From the sequence record CP147646.1: a stretch of DNA of 64,000 nucleotides. One strand, given 5' to 3'. Position 1 is the stretch's first letter, and every line of letters starts with the position of its first letter. Of this stretch, positions 33,101 to 43,278 are shown piece after piece. The DNA comes from a plasmid. The translations under genes were made by a program, and so were the position numbers. Under the pieces are notes generated by a model. That model made no database searches, was not told the DNA's origin, and worked only from the letters and a program-made list of their open reading frames with translations.

Positions 33101-34348
33101 CTACAACGATCCCAAGAACTGCTTTAAGCAGGAATCATTTTTTACTTGTAAGAGAGATTGATGCGATTTTTGACAAAAATAATTTTCCAAAGTATCGCCG
33201 TATTGCCGTAATATTTTGAAGTTATCGAGTTTCGAACAATCAAATAATACACTATCGTGATGTAAACTATATGGGGGTAGATTAGGGTGATCAGCTAAAA
33301 TAGATTTTGAATTTGCAAGGTCTTTCTGATAACGATATTTCAAATATTGACTATTCTTAGCATAAAGGCCATTTTCAATATAAAGCGCTAATGCTTTTTG
33401 TAAAATCAGATTAGTATCATAATCCATCAACTTCTTGTAAGCCATAAATGTTGATTTTAAAGCTTGTGGTAAACAAATCGCAGCTAATCTTAAAGCAGGG
33501 AAAATAGCCTTTGAAAAAGATTTTAGATAAATAACACGCCCGTGAGTATCATAATAATGTAATGGTGACTGACTTGCAAAATCAGACATATAGTCATCTT
33601 CCACAATATAAACATCATACTTCTCTGCCATCTCTATTAATCTTTTCATCTCTACCGGATTATAGGATGTTCCCAAAGGATTATGCATGCGAGGTATAAC
33701 ATAAAAAAACTTAATTGATTGTGTCTGGAAAATCTCCTCTAAGCGCTGAAAATCAATTCCATGAGTACCTCGAGGAATAGTTTCATAGGGTAAATTTTGT
33801 GTTTTGATTAGTTCAATCATACGAGGATAAGTCGGTTCTTCTATTAAAACTCGAGATTTTCGATTTGGAAAGGTAACCTGTGTCAAAATAAATAATGCCT
33901 GTTGAGTACCAGCCGTAATAACAATATCATCAAGGGGAACATAGACCCCTGTTTCTTCCATTAATTTAGCCACTGCTTTACTTAAATCAAGAAGACCTTC
34001 TTGACGATAGTAATAATTGAAAAGGTAATCTTCCCTACCAATAAGGGTCTCATTCAAACACAATCTAAAATCATCATAAGCTATATTTGCAATCTCAGAG
34101 TTTGGTAAACTAACCCCTTCTTCAACTTCCTCTTGATGAGAATCAAAGACGTAATAGCCTGACCTAGGCTTTGCATAGATATAATTATCAAAACGCAATT
34201 CCATCAAAACTCGTTGCACTGTATCTTTGTTACAGGAAAATTGATTAGCTAACTGTCTTATAGATGGTAGGCGATCTCCTGGAGCCAACTTACCATTTTG
34301 TATAGAAGCTATCAAATATGAGCGAATCTCTTCAACTTTGGTTACCAT
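33101..34348 (-). CDS. MocR/GntR-family regulator (wHTH plus aminotransferase-like PLP domain), PdxR-like
   Basis: 415-aa ORF with an N-terminal GntR HTH (PSIRQLANQFSCNKDTVQRVL) and a C-terminal fold-type I aminotransferase domain (SFSKAIFPALRLA Lys). Adjacent to the B6-kinase/ECF-S genes. Confidence 0.75.
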   Translation of the reverse strand: MVTKVEEIRSYLIASIQNGKLAPGDRLPSIRQLANQFSCNKDTVQRVLMELRFDNYIYAKPRSGYYVFDSHQEEVEEGVSLPNSEIANIAYDDFRLCLNETLIGREDYLFNYYYRQEGLLDLSKAVAKLMEETGVYVPLDDIVITAGTQQALFILTQVTFPNRKSRVLIEEPTYPRMIELIKTQNLPYETIPRGTHGIDFQRLEEIFQTQSIKFFYVIPRMHNPLGTSYNPVEMKRLIEMAEKYDVYIVEDDYMSDFASQSPLHYYDTHGRVIYLKSFSKAIFPALRLAAICLPQALKSTFMAYKKLMDYDTNLILQKALALYIENGLYAKNSQYLKYRYQKDLANSKSILADHPNLPPYSLHHDSVLFDCSKLDNFKILRQYGDTLENYFCQKSHQSLLQVKNDSCLKQFLGSL

Positions 34349-34465
34349 AAAAATTGTCCCCCTACAATATTAGATTCATTGTACTGTAAAATTTAGGTTC
34401 AAGCAATCCCTCTAGCAATAACTACAAAAAAGTCTAGAATACTTTCGATTCTAGACTTTTATTTT

Positions 34466-35581
34466 TTAATCAACATCTAAAGCATCTTTGACTTTATCAA
34501 AGAAACCTTTCTTCTTCGGATGTACCATCTTATCTCCACTTGCCTCTGCAAAAGCGTGCAATGCCTCTTTTTGAGCATCATTCAATTTAGTAGGAGTTAC
34601 GATGTTAACAGTAACATGCTGATCACCTTGTCCACCCCCTCGAAGTTTAGGGGCACCTTTTCCGCGAAGACGGAACGTTTTTCCTGTCTGAGTACCAGCA
34701 GGAATTGACATTTCTACCGCTCCATGGACAGTAGGTATATCAATTGTATCACCCAAAGCAGCTTGGACAAAGCCAATATTCAAAGTATAATAAATTGTTG
34801 ATCCATTACGCTCAAACTGTTGGCTTGGGAGAACGTTAATAATAACAAAGAGATCACCATAAGGACCACCATTGAAGCCAGCTTCTCCTTGTCCTGTTAA
34901 ACGAATTTGTTGCCCAGTTTCAACTCCTGCAGGTATTTTAACTGATACTTTATGCGTCTTCTTCTCATGACCAGTTCCATGACATGTTGGACATTTCTCT
35001 TTGATTTCTTGACCACTACCCTGACAAACATCACAAGTCACTTGGCGACGCATTGTTCCTAGAGGTGTTTGTGTATCAACATTAATCACACCCGAACCAT
35101 GACACTTTTGACAAGTCACAGGGCTAGTACCTGGCTTAGCTCCACTTCCTGAACAAGTATGACATGATGACTCCCGATTATAAGATACTTCTTTTTCAGC
35201 TCCAAAGATAGCTTCTTCAAAACTTAAATTAACACGATATTGTAGGTCATCTCCTTGACGTGGTGCATTAGGATTGCGCATCCCTCCTCCACCAAAAAAG
35301 CTTGAGAAGATGTCTTCAAAACCACCAAAGCCACCACCATCGAAGCCACCAAAACCGCCATTTGCCCCAGCAGCGCCATATTGATCATAGGCAGCACGTT
35401 TTTGTGTATCACTCAAGGTTTCATAAGCTTCTTGAACCTCTTTATATTTTTCCTCTGCTCCCGCTTCCTTATTAATATCTGGATGGTATTTCTTAGACAT
35501 CCTACGGTAAGCTTTTTTTATTTCGTCCTGAGAAGCATCTTTTGAAACGCCAAGACGATCATAAAATTCTGTATTGTTCAT
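34466..35581 (-). CDS. dnaJ: Chaperone DnaJ
   Basis: 371-aa ORF with a J-domain (HPD), a G/F-rich region, four CxxCxGxG zinc-finger repeats and a C-terminal domain. Confidence 0.95.
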   Translation of the reverse strand: MNNTEFYDRLGVSKDASQDEIKKAYRRMSKKYHPDINKEAGAEEKYKEVQEAYETLSDTQKRAAYDQYGAAGANGGFGGFDGGGFGGFEDIFSSFFGGGGMRNPNAPRQGDDLQYRVNLSFEEAIFGAEKEVSYNRESSCHTCSGSGAKPGTSPVTCQKCHGSGVINVDTQTPLGTMRRQVTCDVCQGSGQEIKEKCPTCHGTGHEKKTHKVSVKIPAGVETGQQIRLTGQGEAGFNGGPYGDLFVIINVLPSQQFERNGSTIYYTLNIGFVQAALGDTIDIPTVHGAVEMSIPAGTQTGKTFRLRGKGAPKLRGGGQGDQHVTVNIVTPTKLNDAQKEALHAFAEASGDKMVHPKKKGFFDKVKDALDVD

Positions 35582-35869
35582 TATCTAATCCTTTATATTT
35601 TGTTCATATACTACACTTGAAGAGATTAACAATTATTCTTGCCCAGTTACAGCTCTAAATAGTTAACATATATATGACACTTAATAAAACAGACGGAGCG
35701 AGGCGCCCCGCCTATTTATTATTAATATGTTTTTATTTAGTGATAGCGAAATTAGCTTATGTAATCTGAAACTTATCTAGATTATTGAGCAACCCCTATC
35801 ACGAAGAACTTTACTATGCTAGTATAGTTTTCATGCTTATATTCAAATGAATCTGAACAATATTAATAA

Positions 35870-37735
<1,866 letters not shown>

Positions 37736-37879
37736 TTATTTCAATTTATCTTAGTAAGCACTCGAATTATTTTACTTCCAATTCTAAGCAATCACTATAG
37801 TTTAATCAGCAAGCTGAATAGCTTCTAACTTGCTATCTAGTTTACTGTCATTACGGACAAAAACGAAAACTCATTTACC

Positions 37880-38452
37880 TTAGTTATAGACAACTACCAT
37901 CGCTGGTCTTAGCAGACGCTCGTGCAATTTATATCCCTTTTGAAAGACTTCTGCAATGCTATCGGCTGGATGTTCATCATCGGCTGGGAGGGTCTGAACT
38001 GCCATATGAAAGTTGTGGTCAAATGAGTCGACTTCTACTTCTTCTACGCCTTCTTCCTTTAGTGCTTGAATAAGGCTATCACGAGTCATTTCTAAACCTT
38101 TTTTAACATCATCTGTCAACCCTTCAACAGCCAAGGCACGTTCTAGATTGTCAAGCGATGGTAAGATTGCTTTTGCCAGATCCTGAGAACGATAGCGTTG
38201 AAGTTGTTGACGTTCTTCACTAGAGCGACGCTGTATATTCTGCATTTCTGCATGAGCACGCAAGTATTTATTTTCAAACTCATCAGCACGCTCGTTTGCG
38301 AGTTCTAACTCTGATTTTTCAGGAATTTCTTCAATAACTTCCTCAACTATCTCTTCAGTTTCAGTGGCTTCCACTTCTTCCTGTAAATCGTCTTTTTTAA
38401 TTTCTTCTGACACTGAGTGCCTCCTTTTAAATAACTTATTGAATACTGCCAT
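37880..38452 (-). CDS. grpE: Nucleotide exchange factor GrpE
   Basis: 190-aa ORF with an acidic N-terminus, coiled-coil and GrpE C-terminal beta-domain. Lies between hrcA and dnaK. Confidence 0.9.
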   Translation of the reverse strand: MAVFNKLFKRRHSVSEEIKKDDLQEEVEATETEEIVEEVIEEIPEKSELELANERADEFENKYLRAHAEMQNIQRRSSEERQQLQRYRSQDLAKAILPSLDNLERALAVEGLTDDVKKGLEMTRDSLIQALKEEGVEEVEVDSFDHNFHMAVQTLPADDEHPADSIAEVFQKGYKLHERLLRPAMVVVYN

Positions 38453-38454
38453 TA

Positions 38455-39489
38455 TCAGTGAACTTCATAATGGTTAGAATTTAGGTATCGATAATAATCA
38501 CCTAATTTAGCAGCCAATACCTTTCCGATAATGTTTACCAAACTAACAGACCTACGATAATCCATATCAATAGGACCAATCAAACTCAGGAGTCCAAATC
38601 CACGGTAAGGAATCAAAAATTTGTGAGTTAAAACTGACACATCTGCAAGTGCGGCTTCTTGACTATCTGCCACTTGGACAGAAGCCATCTCACTCTCTTT
38701 CAGACCTTGCCTCAAAGAAATTGCTACTTGCTGCTCATTATCCAAAAACTGATACGTTGATAGATCTGAATATGTTAAAGAATTTACCTTGCCAGCTACA
38801 AATACCGTTTCCAAAAACAGCTCTGAAAAAACATAATCAAATAGTTGTAAAACATTATCCGTAGTTACAAAATACTTCTGAACGATCTGAGGAATTTCTG
38901 TCCTCAACTTATAATGAATATCCATGACACTACCATCCAGCAAGCGCTCCTCTACGATAGCTTTAAATGCTATCAAGTCACGTGTCAAAAAGTTTCTTGG
39001 AATAGCAAACTGCACTGTCACTGGCTTAGATTCATCTAAAGTCATGACTGCTAGAGCATCATGGTTGCTAAGCTGAACAACATCAAACCCTGTCAAACGT
39101 TGACGAGCTGGCTCCACATCTAAAATAACGGATGTATAGCCCGTCATCTCCGATAAAATATGACTAGCTTTTTGAAGCATGTCTTCTAATTTGAATGCTT
39201 CAAAGTCAAAAGCTTTTATAACATGATAAATATCTTGCTCATCAATACTATCTAGTCTAAGGGAGTGCTCTACAAAATACTTAAAACCAGCTGGACTCGG
39301 CATCCGTCCACTAGAAGTGTGTGCTTTTTCCAATAACCCCAACTTCTCTAGTTTTGCCATATCATTACGAATAGTGGCGCTACTAGAATCAATCGTTCTC
39401 TGTAAAGCTTTAGACCCTACTGGTTCATGAGTTTGTGTAAATAACTCAACGATTAAATTCAAAATATCATTTTGACGTTGTGTAATCAC
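38455..39489 (-). CDS. hrcA: Heat-inducible transcription repressor HrcA; start reassigned to an in-frame GTG
   Basis: The track ORF starts at an ATG that lies inside the second CIRCE element. A GTG 48 nt downstream gives the conserved N-terminus (M)[14 protein letters not shown]..., is preceded by GAGAGGGG, and yields 344 aa. Confidence 0.8.
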   Translation of the reverse strand: MITQRQNDILNLIVELFTQTHEPVGSKALQRTIDSSSATIRNDMAKLEKLGLLEKAHTSSGRMPSPAGFKYFVEHSLRLDSIDEQDIYHVIKAFDFEAFKLEDMLQKASHILSEMTGYTSVILDVEPARQRLTGFDVVQLSNHDALAVMTLDESKPVTVQFAIPRNFLTRDLIAFKAIVEERLLDGSVMDIHYKLRTEIPQIVQKYFVTTDNVLQLFDYVFSELFLETVFVAGKVNSLTYSDLSTYQFLDNEQQVAISLRQGLKESEMASVQVADSQEAALADVSVLTHKFLIPYRGFGLLSLIGPIDMDYRRSVSLVNIIGKVLAAKLGDYYRYLNSNHYEVH

Positions 39490-39520
39490 AAAAACATCAC
39501 CCCTCTCGGTCTTTCTGAAA

Positions 39521-39547
39521 TTAGCACTCTTACACATCGACTGCTAA
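39521..39547 (-). promoter_or_regulatory. CIRCE element 2, with one mismatch
   Basis: TTAGCACTC-TTACACATC-GACTGCTAA against the consensus TTAGCACTC-N9-GAGTGCTAA. Lies downstream of the second promoter and upstream of the hrcA GTG. Confidence 0.65.
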
Positions 39548-39557
39548 CTATGATTTT

Positions 39558-39585
39558 ATTATACTCCTTTTTAAAAGATAGTCAA
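39558..39585 (-). promoter_or_regulatory. Second sigma-A promoter of the hrcA operon
   Basis: The minus strand reads TTGACT, a 16-nt spacer, then TATAAT. Lies between the two CIRCE elements. Confidence 0.5.
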
Positions 39586-39602
39586 GGAAAAAACATCAAA
39601 AA

Positions 39603-39629
39603 TTAGCACTCTTATTCAAAGAGTGCTAA
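39603..39629 (-). promoter_or_regulatory. CIRCE element 1, perfect
   Basis: TTAGCACTC-TTATTCAAA-GAGTGCTAA is an exact match to the HrcA operator consensus. It overlaps the predicted transcription start of promoter 1. Confidence 0.8.
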
Positions 39630-39631
39630 TA

Positions 39632-40207
39632 TCACTTATCATATCTTGTTAAATCATACAAATCAATGATTTCCGTCATTTTTTTAGCGTACTTTTTGTC
39701 ATTATCAAAACCACTATCTTGTAATTTTTGCACTAAAGTTTTTGGATTTTTAACAGACACCATTATAGTATATGAATCTTTTTTGCCTGTCGCTCCAGAT
39801 TTTATATGAGCAAGGTAATCATACATTGAATACTTCCAAGATTTATAATGAGTAAATTGCTTTTCCTGTTTTTTTCCTGTACTACTATCATTTAAGGTAA
39901 TTGAGGGCGTTCCTGGTTCTGCAAGCAAACCAAACAGATTATGATACTTATTAGCTAATATTTTCTCTCCGAAATCAGAATCCAAAGCCGCCTGTGCAAT
40001 AATAAATGAAGGACGAATACCGTACGACTTTCCTAGATCTTGCGCATCTGGCACAATTTTTTGTATAAATTCTTCTTTGGTGTAGGTAACACTCTGCCTA
40101 GAATTAGCATCTACTTTTCCCTTATGGTTTAAAAGCGGAAAAAGAATAAAGAAAAAGAAAATAAAAGTAACAACAATAAAATTTAGCAAGGAAAAACGTT
40201 TCCTCAT
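39632..40207 (-). CDS. Membrane-anchored N-acetylglucosaminidase-domain protein (mannosyl-glycoprotein endo-beta-GlcNAc-ase / FlgJ-like)
   Basis: 191-aa ORF with an N-terminal TM segment and a glucosaminidase-domain motif (IAQAALDSDFG...NNLFG-like). Confidence 0.55.
   Translation of the reverse strand: MRKRFSLLNFIVVTFIFFFFILFPLLNHKGKVDANSRQSVTYTKEEFIQKIVPDAQDLGKSYGIRPSFIIAQAALDSDFGEKILANKYHNLFGLLAEPGTPSITLNDSSTGKKQEKQFTHYKSWKYSMYDYLAHIKSGATGKKDSYTIMVSVKNPKTLVQKLQDSGFDNDKKYAKKMTEIIDLYDLTRYDK
39638..39666 (-). promoter_or_regulatory. First sigma-A promoter of the hrcA-grpE-dnaK-dnaJ operon
   Basis: The minus strand reads TTGATT, a 17-nt spacer, then TATGAT, overlapping the last codons of the upstream gene. 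Confidence 0.5.
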
Positions 40208-40956
40208 TGGTTATTCTCCTTTAATAAAGTTATGTATTCTTCTAATGTTAAATGATGTTTGACCATATATTTTGCAGACTCTACCCCAACATAGCGGTAA
40301 TGCCAATCTTCATAACCTACCCCTGTTTCTGCTGTTTTACCATCCGGAAACCGTAAGACAAAACCATATTGTGGAGCTATCTTTTTCAACTGACTGACTA
40401 CTCTAGGATCGCTCTCATTCAAAGAATCTACAGTACTCATATCCATCGCTAATCCAGTCTGGTGTTCACTAGCACCTGCAGGCTGAGAGTAAGTTTTTAC
40501 CAACTTTTCTGCTTGTCCCCTCGTCAAATTAGGGTTACTAGTCATCTCTTGAGTAACATAAGAATTGAACAACTTCTCCTGATAGGCAACACTACGATAA
40601 CCCGAAATTAAATGTTCTCGTGAATCAATTGCTCTAGCAGCCTCTAAAAACTGAGTAGCTTGCTTCGTAATACGTTTATCCAAATAAATATTTTCAACAG
40701 GCACCACATCTGGACTTAATTCTTCATGTTTATGGTCACGATTGACCAAAATCAAGTTCCAATCTTTTGATGATACAGCTGGTAATCGTAATTTCTTATT
40801 TCTTTTTTGAGAGGATGTCTTTTTTATATCCTCATTCCTCAACTTTTGAGATGATGATTGTTGACTGTTAGGCTTCAATAAAGCAAAAAGACTAAAGCAT
40901 AGTATCGCAAGTAGAACACCAACTAAACTGAATCGGATAATTTTATTTTTTTTCAT
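40204..40956 (-). CDS. D-alanyl-D-alanine carboxypeptidase, VanY / peptidase M15B family
   Basis: 250-aa ORF with an N-terminal TM segment, the SxHxxGxAxD motif (SEHQTGLAMDM) and ExxH (EDWHYRY). Confidence 0.75.
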   Translation of the reverse strand: MKKNKIIRFSLVGVLLAILCFSLFALLKPNSQQSSSQKLRNEDIKKTSSQKRNKKLRLPAVSSKDWNLILVNRDHKHEELSPDVVPVENIYLDKRITKQATQFLEAARAIDSREHLISGYRSVAYQEKLFNSYVTQEMTSNPNLTRGQAEKLVKTYSQPAGASEHQTGLAMDMSTVDSLNESDPRVVSQLKKIAPQYGFVLRFPDGKTAETGVGYEDWHYRYVGVESAKYMVKHHLTLEEYITLLKENNQ

Positions 40957-41645
40957 TGCAATGTTTTTTCTAAAATTTCTCTTCCTTTTTCTCGATAGGA
41001 CATATCCCCAATAGATTGAATAGAAAATGTTCCATCTTCAAAATCAACGACTGAGACACTACCATTATCTAAGCCTAAACTACGAGGGGTACTATGGTCG
41101 ATTAACCATAAAAAAGTCGCAATAGTCATCCCATGACTGACAACAATCGCATTACCTCCCCCAATATCCTCTATTTTTTTAGCTATAGCAGTGAAGCCTG
41201 ACAGAATACGGTTACTCAATATTGCCCACGGTTCTGCCCAGCCAGCCGTATCAACTTGACAAATCAAATTAGCAATTTCTTCGTGTGTCAAATGGCTCAT
41301 ATCTCCGTTTGAAACTCGAGGCAGAACGCCATTAAAAAGGTCGCCATCATATCCTCCATCCAAACTACCAAAGCACCACTCGCGGATTCGTTTATCTCTC
41401 GTATAGGGAATATTTTCTTGTTGCACTTCCCTGAGAATAATTTCCATAGTTTGTAAAGTACGTCCACTATCACTAGAAAAAGCCTCTTTAAAACTAATAT
41501 TTGAAGCCTTTAGTCCCCAACCAAGCTCTTTAATCCCGAGTTCTCCAAAAGTAGTTAAAGGAGTATCACTCCACCCCTGAGCACGACCAATTGTATTAAA
41601 CATTGTTTTACCATGACGAGCGATATATAAACGAACTTTACTCAT
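40953..41645 (-). CDS. Histidine phosphatase superfamily protein (phosphoglycerate mutase-like)
   Basis: 230-aa ORF with the RHG catalytic motif at the N-terminus (YIARHGKT) and a second His motif (VSHGMTI). Confidence 0.75.
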   Translation of the reverse strand: MSKVRLYIARHGKTMFNTIGRAQGWSDTPLTTFGELGIKELGWGLKASNISFKEAFSSDSGRTLQTMEIILREVQQENIPYTRDKRIREWCFGSLDGGYDGDLFNGVLPRVSNGDMSHLTHEEIANLICQVDTAGWAEPWAILSNRILSGFTAIAKKIEDIGGGNAIVVSHGMTIATFLWLIDHSTPRSLGLDNGSVSVVDFEDGTFSIQSIGDMSYREKGREILEKTLQ

Positions 41646-41838
41646 ACTGACACCTCACAAGCATTTTATTATATTATAACAAAAAAGAACCTTAATATGG
41701 TATCATTTGCTATCATTGCCCAATCACTTGATAAATCAACATTTTACAACCTTACATTATCTGGTCAATTACACTGATTTTAAAAACAACGTAGTAAATA
41801 ACGTAGTAATTTTTGCGCTGGGGAGCATCTGATTTTTG

Positions 41839-41859
41839 GACTTGGAAAAGTCTTTTTTT
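41839..41859 (+). terminator. Plus-strand Rho-independent terminator with no annotated plus-strand gene upstream
   Basis: GACTT-GGAA-AAGTC hairpin immediately followed by T7 on the plus strand. In the minus orientation the hairpin is not followed by a U-run. Confidence 0.4.
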
Positions 41860-42040
41860 ATTTATCTAATTCCATCAACACTTCTTCCACTTTTTCCTCT
41901 GTCGCAACTTCCCACAATCTTACAGGCTCACCAGGTAACACATAATCAAATATCTTTCCGTTCTTACGCACAACCATCACTGTATCACTGCTGATATATC
42001 CTTTTTCAATCGCTTCTTTAAACTCATCTATATATAACAT
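41858..42040 (-). CDS. Small conserved hypothetical protein, 60 aa
   Basis: ATG start with a strong GGAGG RBS and a TTGTCT-17-TAAAAT promoter upstream. No recognizable domain. Confidence 0.55.
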   Translation of the reverse strand: MLYIDEFKEAIEKGYISSDTVMVVRKNGKIFDYVLPGEPVRLWEVATEEKVEEVLMELDK

Positions 42041-42144
42041 ATTTTATCCTCCTACTTATCTATTCGATAAAAAATCCCCAAAATAGACAATTTTAAATTT
42101 TTCTGTTCTGATAGACAAAAAGATAAATATTTTAAAAAAAAGTA

Positions 42145-42173
42145 TTGACTTTATATAGTACATGTATTATAAT
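42145..42173 (+). promoter_or_regulatory. Strong sigma-A promoter for the 41-aa peptide gene
   Basis: TTGACT, a 17-nt spacer, then TATAAT, followed by AAAGGAGG 6 nt before the ATG. Confidence 0.55.
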
Positions 42174-42196
42174 TAATATATAGAAAGGAGGAAGAT

Positions 42197-42322
42197 ATGA
42201 GGATATCAGAAATTGCTGATTTGCTTACTTCAATCGGAACTCTGTTGGTTGGTATAGCAAGCATAATCACAGCAATAAAAAAAGAACCTAAAAAGAAAAA
42301 CCGGCCACGGAGATTCAAATAA
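42197..42322 (+). CDS. 41-aa hydrophobic/basic peptide, candidate type I toxin (Fst/Ldr-like)
   Basis: Unlisted ORF (41 codons): MRISEIADLLTSIGTLLVGIASIITAIKKEPKKKNRPRRFK. A single 19-aa TM helix plus a Lys/Arg tail, consensus promoter and RBS, and a stem-loop (GGGGCTCAAGCCCC within an AGTAGT/ACTACT outer stem) right after the stop. Confidence 0.45.
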   Translation: MRISEIADLLTSIGTLLVGIASIITAIKKEPKKKNRPRRFK

Positions 42323-42457
42323 GGTTCTAGTAGTAGTTTGGGGCTCAAGCCCCTTGCCACTACTGATAGTATATCATATCTAAGACAAATATGAAATATT
42401 TGATTATTTTCGCAATTTGTTTAGTTGTATTTTACTTTATTAACAAGGATGATTGAA

Positions 42458-42628
42458 ATGGATAAAGAATTAACACCTCAAGAAAAAGCAAATAAAAAGT
42501 GGGCAGAAAACAATAGAGAACATAGAACCTATCTATCAAAACGATCTACTGCTCGTAGTTTTATTAACAAAAATGCTACAAAAGAAGACTTATTAGAATT
42601 AAAACAATTAATTGAAAGCAAACTCTAG
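42458..42628 (+). CDS. Small basic helical protein, 56 aa, function unknown
   Basis: ATG with an AAGGA RBS 9 nt upstream, translating MDKELTPQEKANKKWAENNREHRTYLSKRST.... Followed by a bidirectional terminator. Confidence 0.4.
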   Translation: MDKELTPQEKANKKWAENNREHRTYLSKRSTARSFINKNATKEDLLELKQLIESKL

Positions 42629-42639
42629 ACACACAAAAA

Positions 42640-42663
42640 AACCGCCCTCAATAGAGAGCGGTT
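42640..42663. terminator. Bidirectional Rho-independent terminator between the 56-aa ORF (plus) and csbD (minus)
   Basis: AACCGC, a 12-nt loop, then GCGGTT, flanked by an A-run on one side and a T-rich run on the other. Confidence 0.5.
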
Positions 42664-42668
42664 AATAT

Positions 42669-42869
42669 TTATTTCAGTTTTTCTTTGACAGCATCTACTG
42701 CCTCTTCAACAGCATCTTTAGCATCATCTGCTAGTTCTTTGCCTTTAGCAATTGTTTTTTCAACAAATCCTTTTGCTTCTAACTCTTTATCACCGGTTAT
42801 TTTGCCAAAGCCTTCTTTAGCACCACCTTTTGCTTGATCTAATTTTGATTTTAGTTTTTCTTGTGACAT
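42669..42869 (-). CDS. csbD: CsbD-family general stress protein
   Basis: 66-aa ORF with the KxKGxxKExxGKxTGD...EAKG motif typical of CsbD. Strong GGAGG RBS. Confidence 0.75.
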   Translation of the reverse strand: MSQEKLKSKLDQAKGGAKEGFGKITGDKELEAKGFVEKTIAKGKELADDAKDAVEEAVDAVKEKLK

Positions 42870-42924
42870 AATGTGCCTCCTTATTATTTTTATTCTATGG
42901 TAACATTTTGATTATTTCTAGGCA

Positions 42925-42965
42925 AATAAAAAAGCAAGAACCGCTAGTGTCAGGCGATTCTTGCT
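42925..42965 (-). terminator. Rho-independent terminator ending the HATPase/STAS two-gene operon
   Basis: AGCAAGAA / TTCTTGCT 8-bp stem with a 17-nt loop, followed on the minus strand by TTTTTTATTT. Begins 14 nt after the stop of the 99-aa gene. Confidence 0.55.
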
Positions 42966-42978
42966 AAATAATATGCAC

Positions 42979-43278
42979 CTATACTGTAATCTGCCTACTT
43001 ATTTCAAAACTAAATCGTTGTTTTATTAAATCATTTATTTGTTTTGTTGAATTTACAATTTTTAGTTGACTTTTAATATGATTAAAATCATAGTAAGACA
43101 ATAAATTGATAAAAGCAGAGTTTACAAAGGACGAACTTACTTCGCTAATTCCTGCGAACGAAACAGTCACGACTGTATCTGTATAAAAATAAGATTTCAA
43201 TTGTTCAAATAAAATCTCTCCCGCCTTATTATCGTTAGAAAAATTCTTTGCTAGTTCTTTGACAGTTAACGTTACCAT
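42979..43278 (-). CDS. Small STAS-like protein (DUF4325-type, anti-sigma-antagonist-like), second gene of a two-gene accessory module
   Basis: 99-aa ORF. The block TVVTVSFAGISEVSSSFVNSAFINLL resembles STAS/DUF4325 cores. Its ATG overlaps the TGG-TAA end of the upstream gene (ATGGTAA), indicating translational coupling. Confidence 0.55.
   Translation of the reverse strand: MVTLTVKELAKNFSNDNKAGEILFEQLKSYFYTDTVVTVSFAGISEVSSSFVNSAFINLLSYYDFNHIKSQLKIVNSTKQINDLIKQRFSFEISRQITV

Noticed and set aside
35582-35869. 288-bp dnaK-dnaJ spacer containing a GC-rich stem (AGGCG-GGG-CGCCT), possibly a read-through attenuator
   Set aside because: The hairpin is short with a weak U-run. It is plausible as a partial terminator typical of dnaK-dnaJ junctions but not strong enough to call as a feature.
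42151-42360. 69-aa minus-strand ORF (MARGLSPKLL...) from the six-frame track
   Set aside because: Antisense to the strongly signalled 41-aa peptide gene. It has a GTG start and no RBS, and it spans the plus-strand promoter and SD. The plus-strand peptide is the better-supported coding feature.
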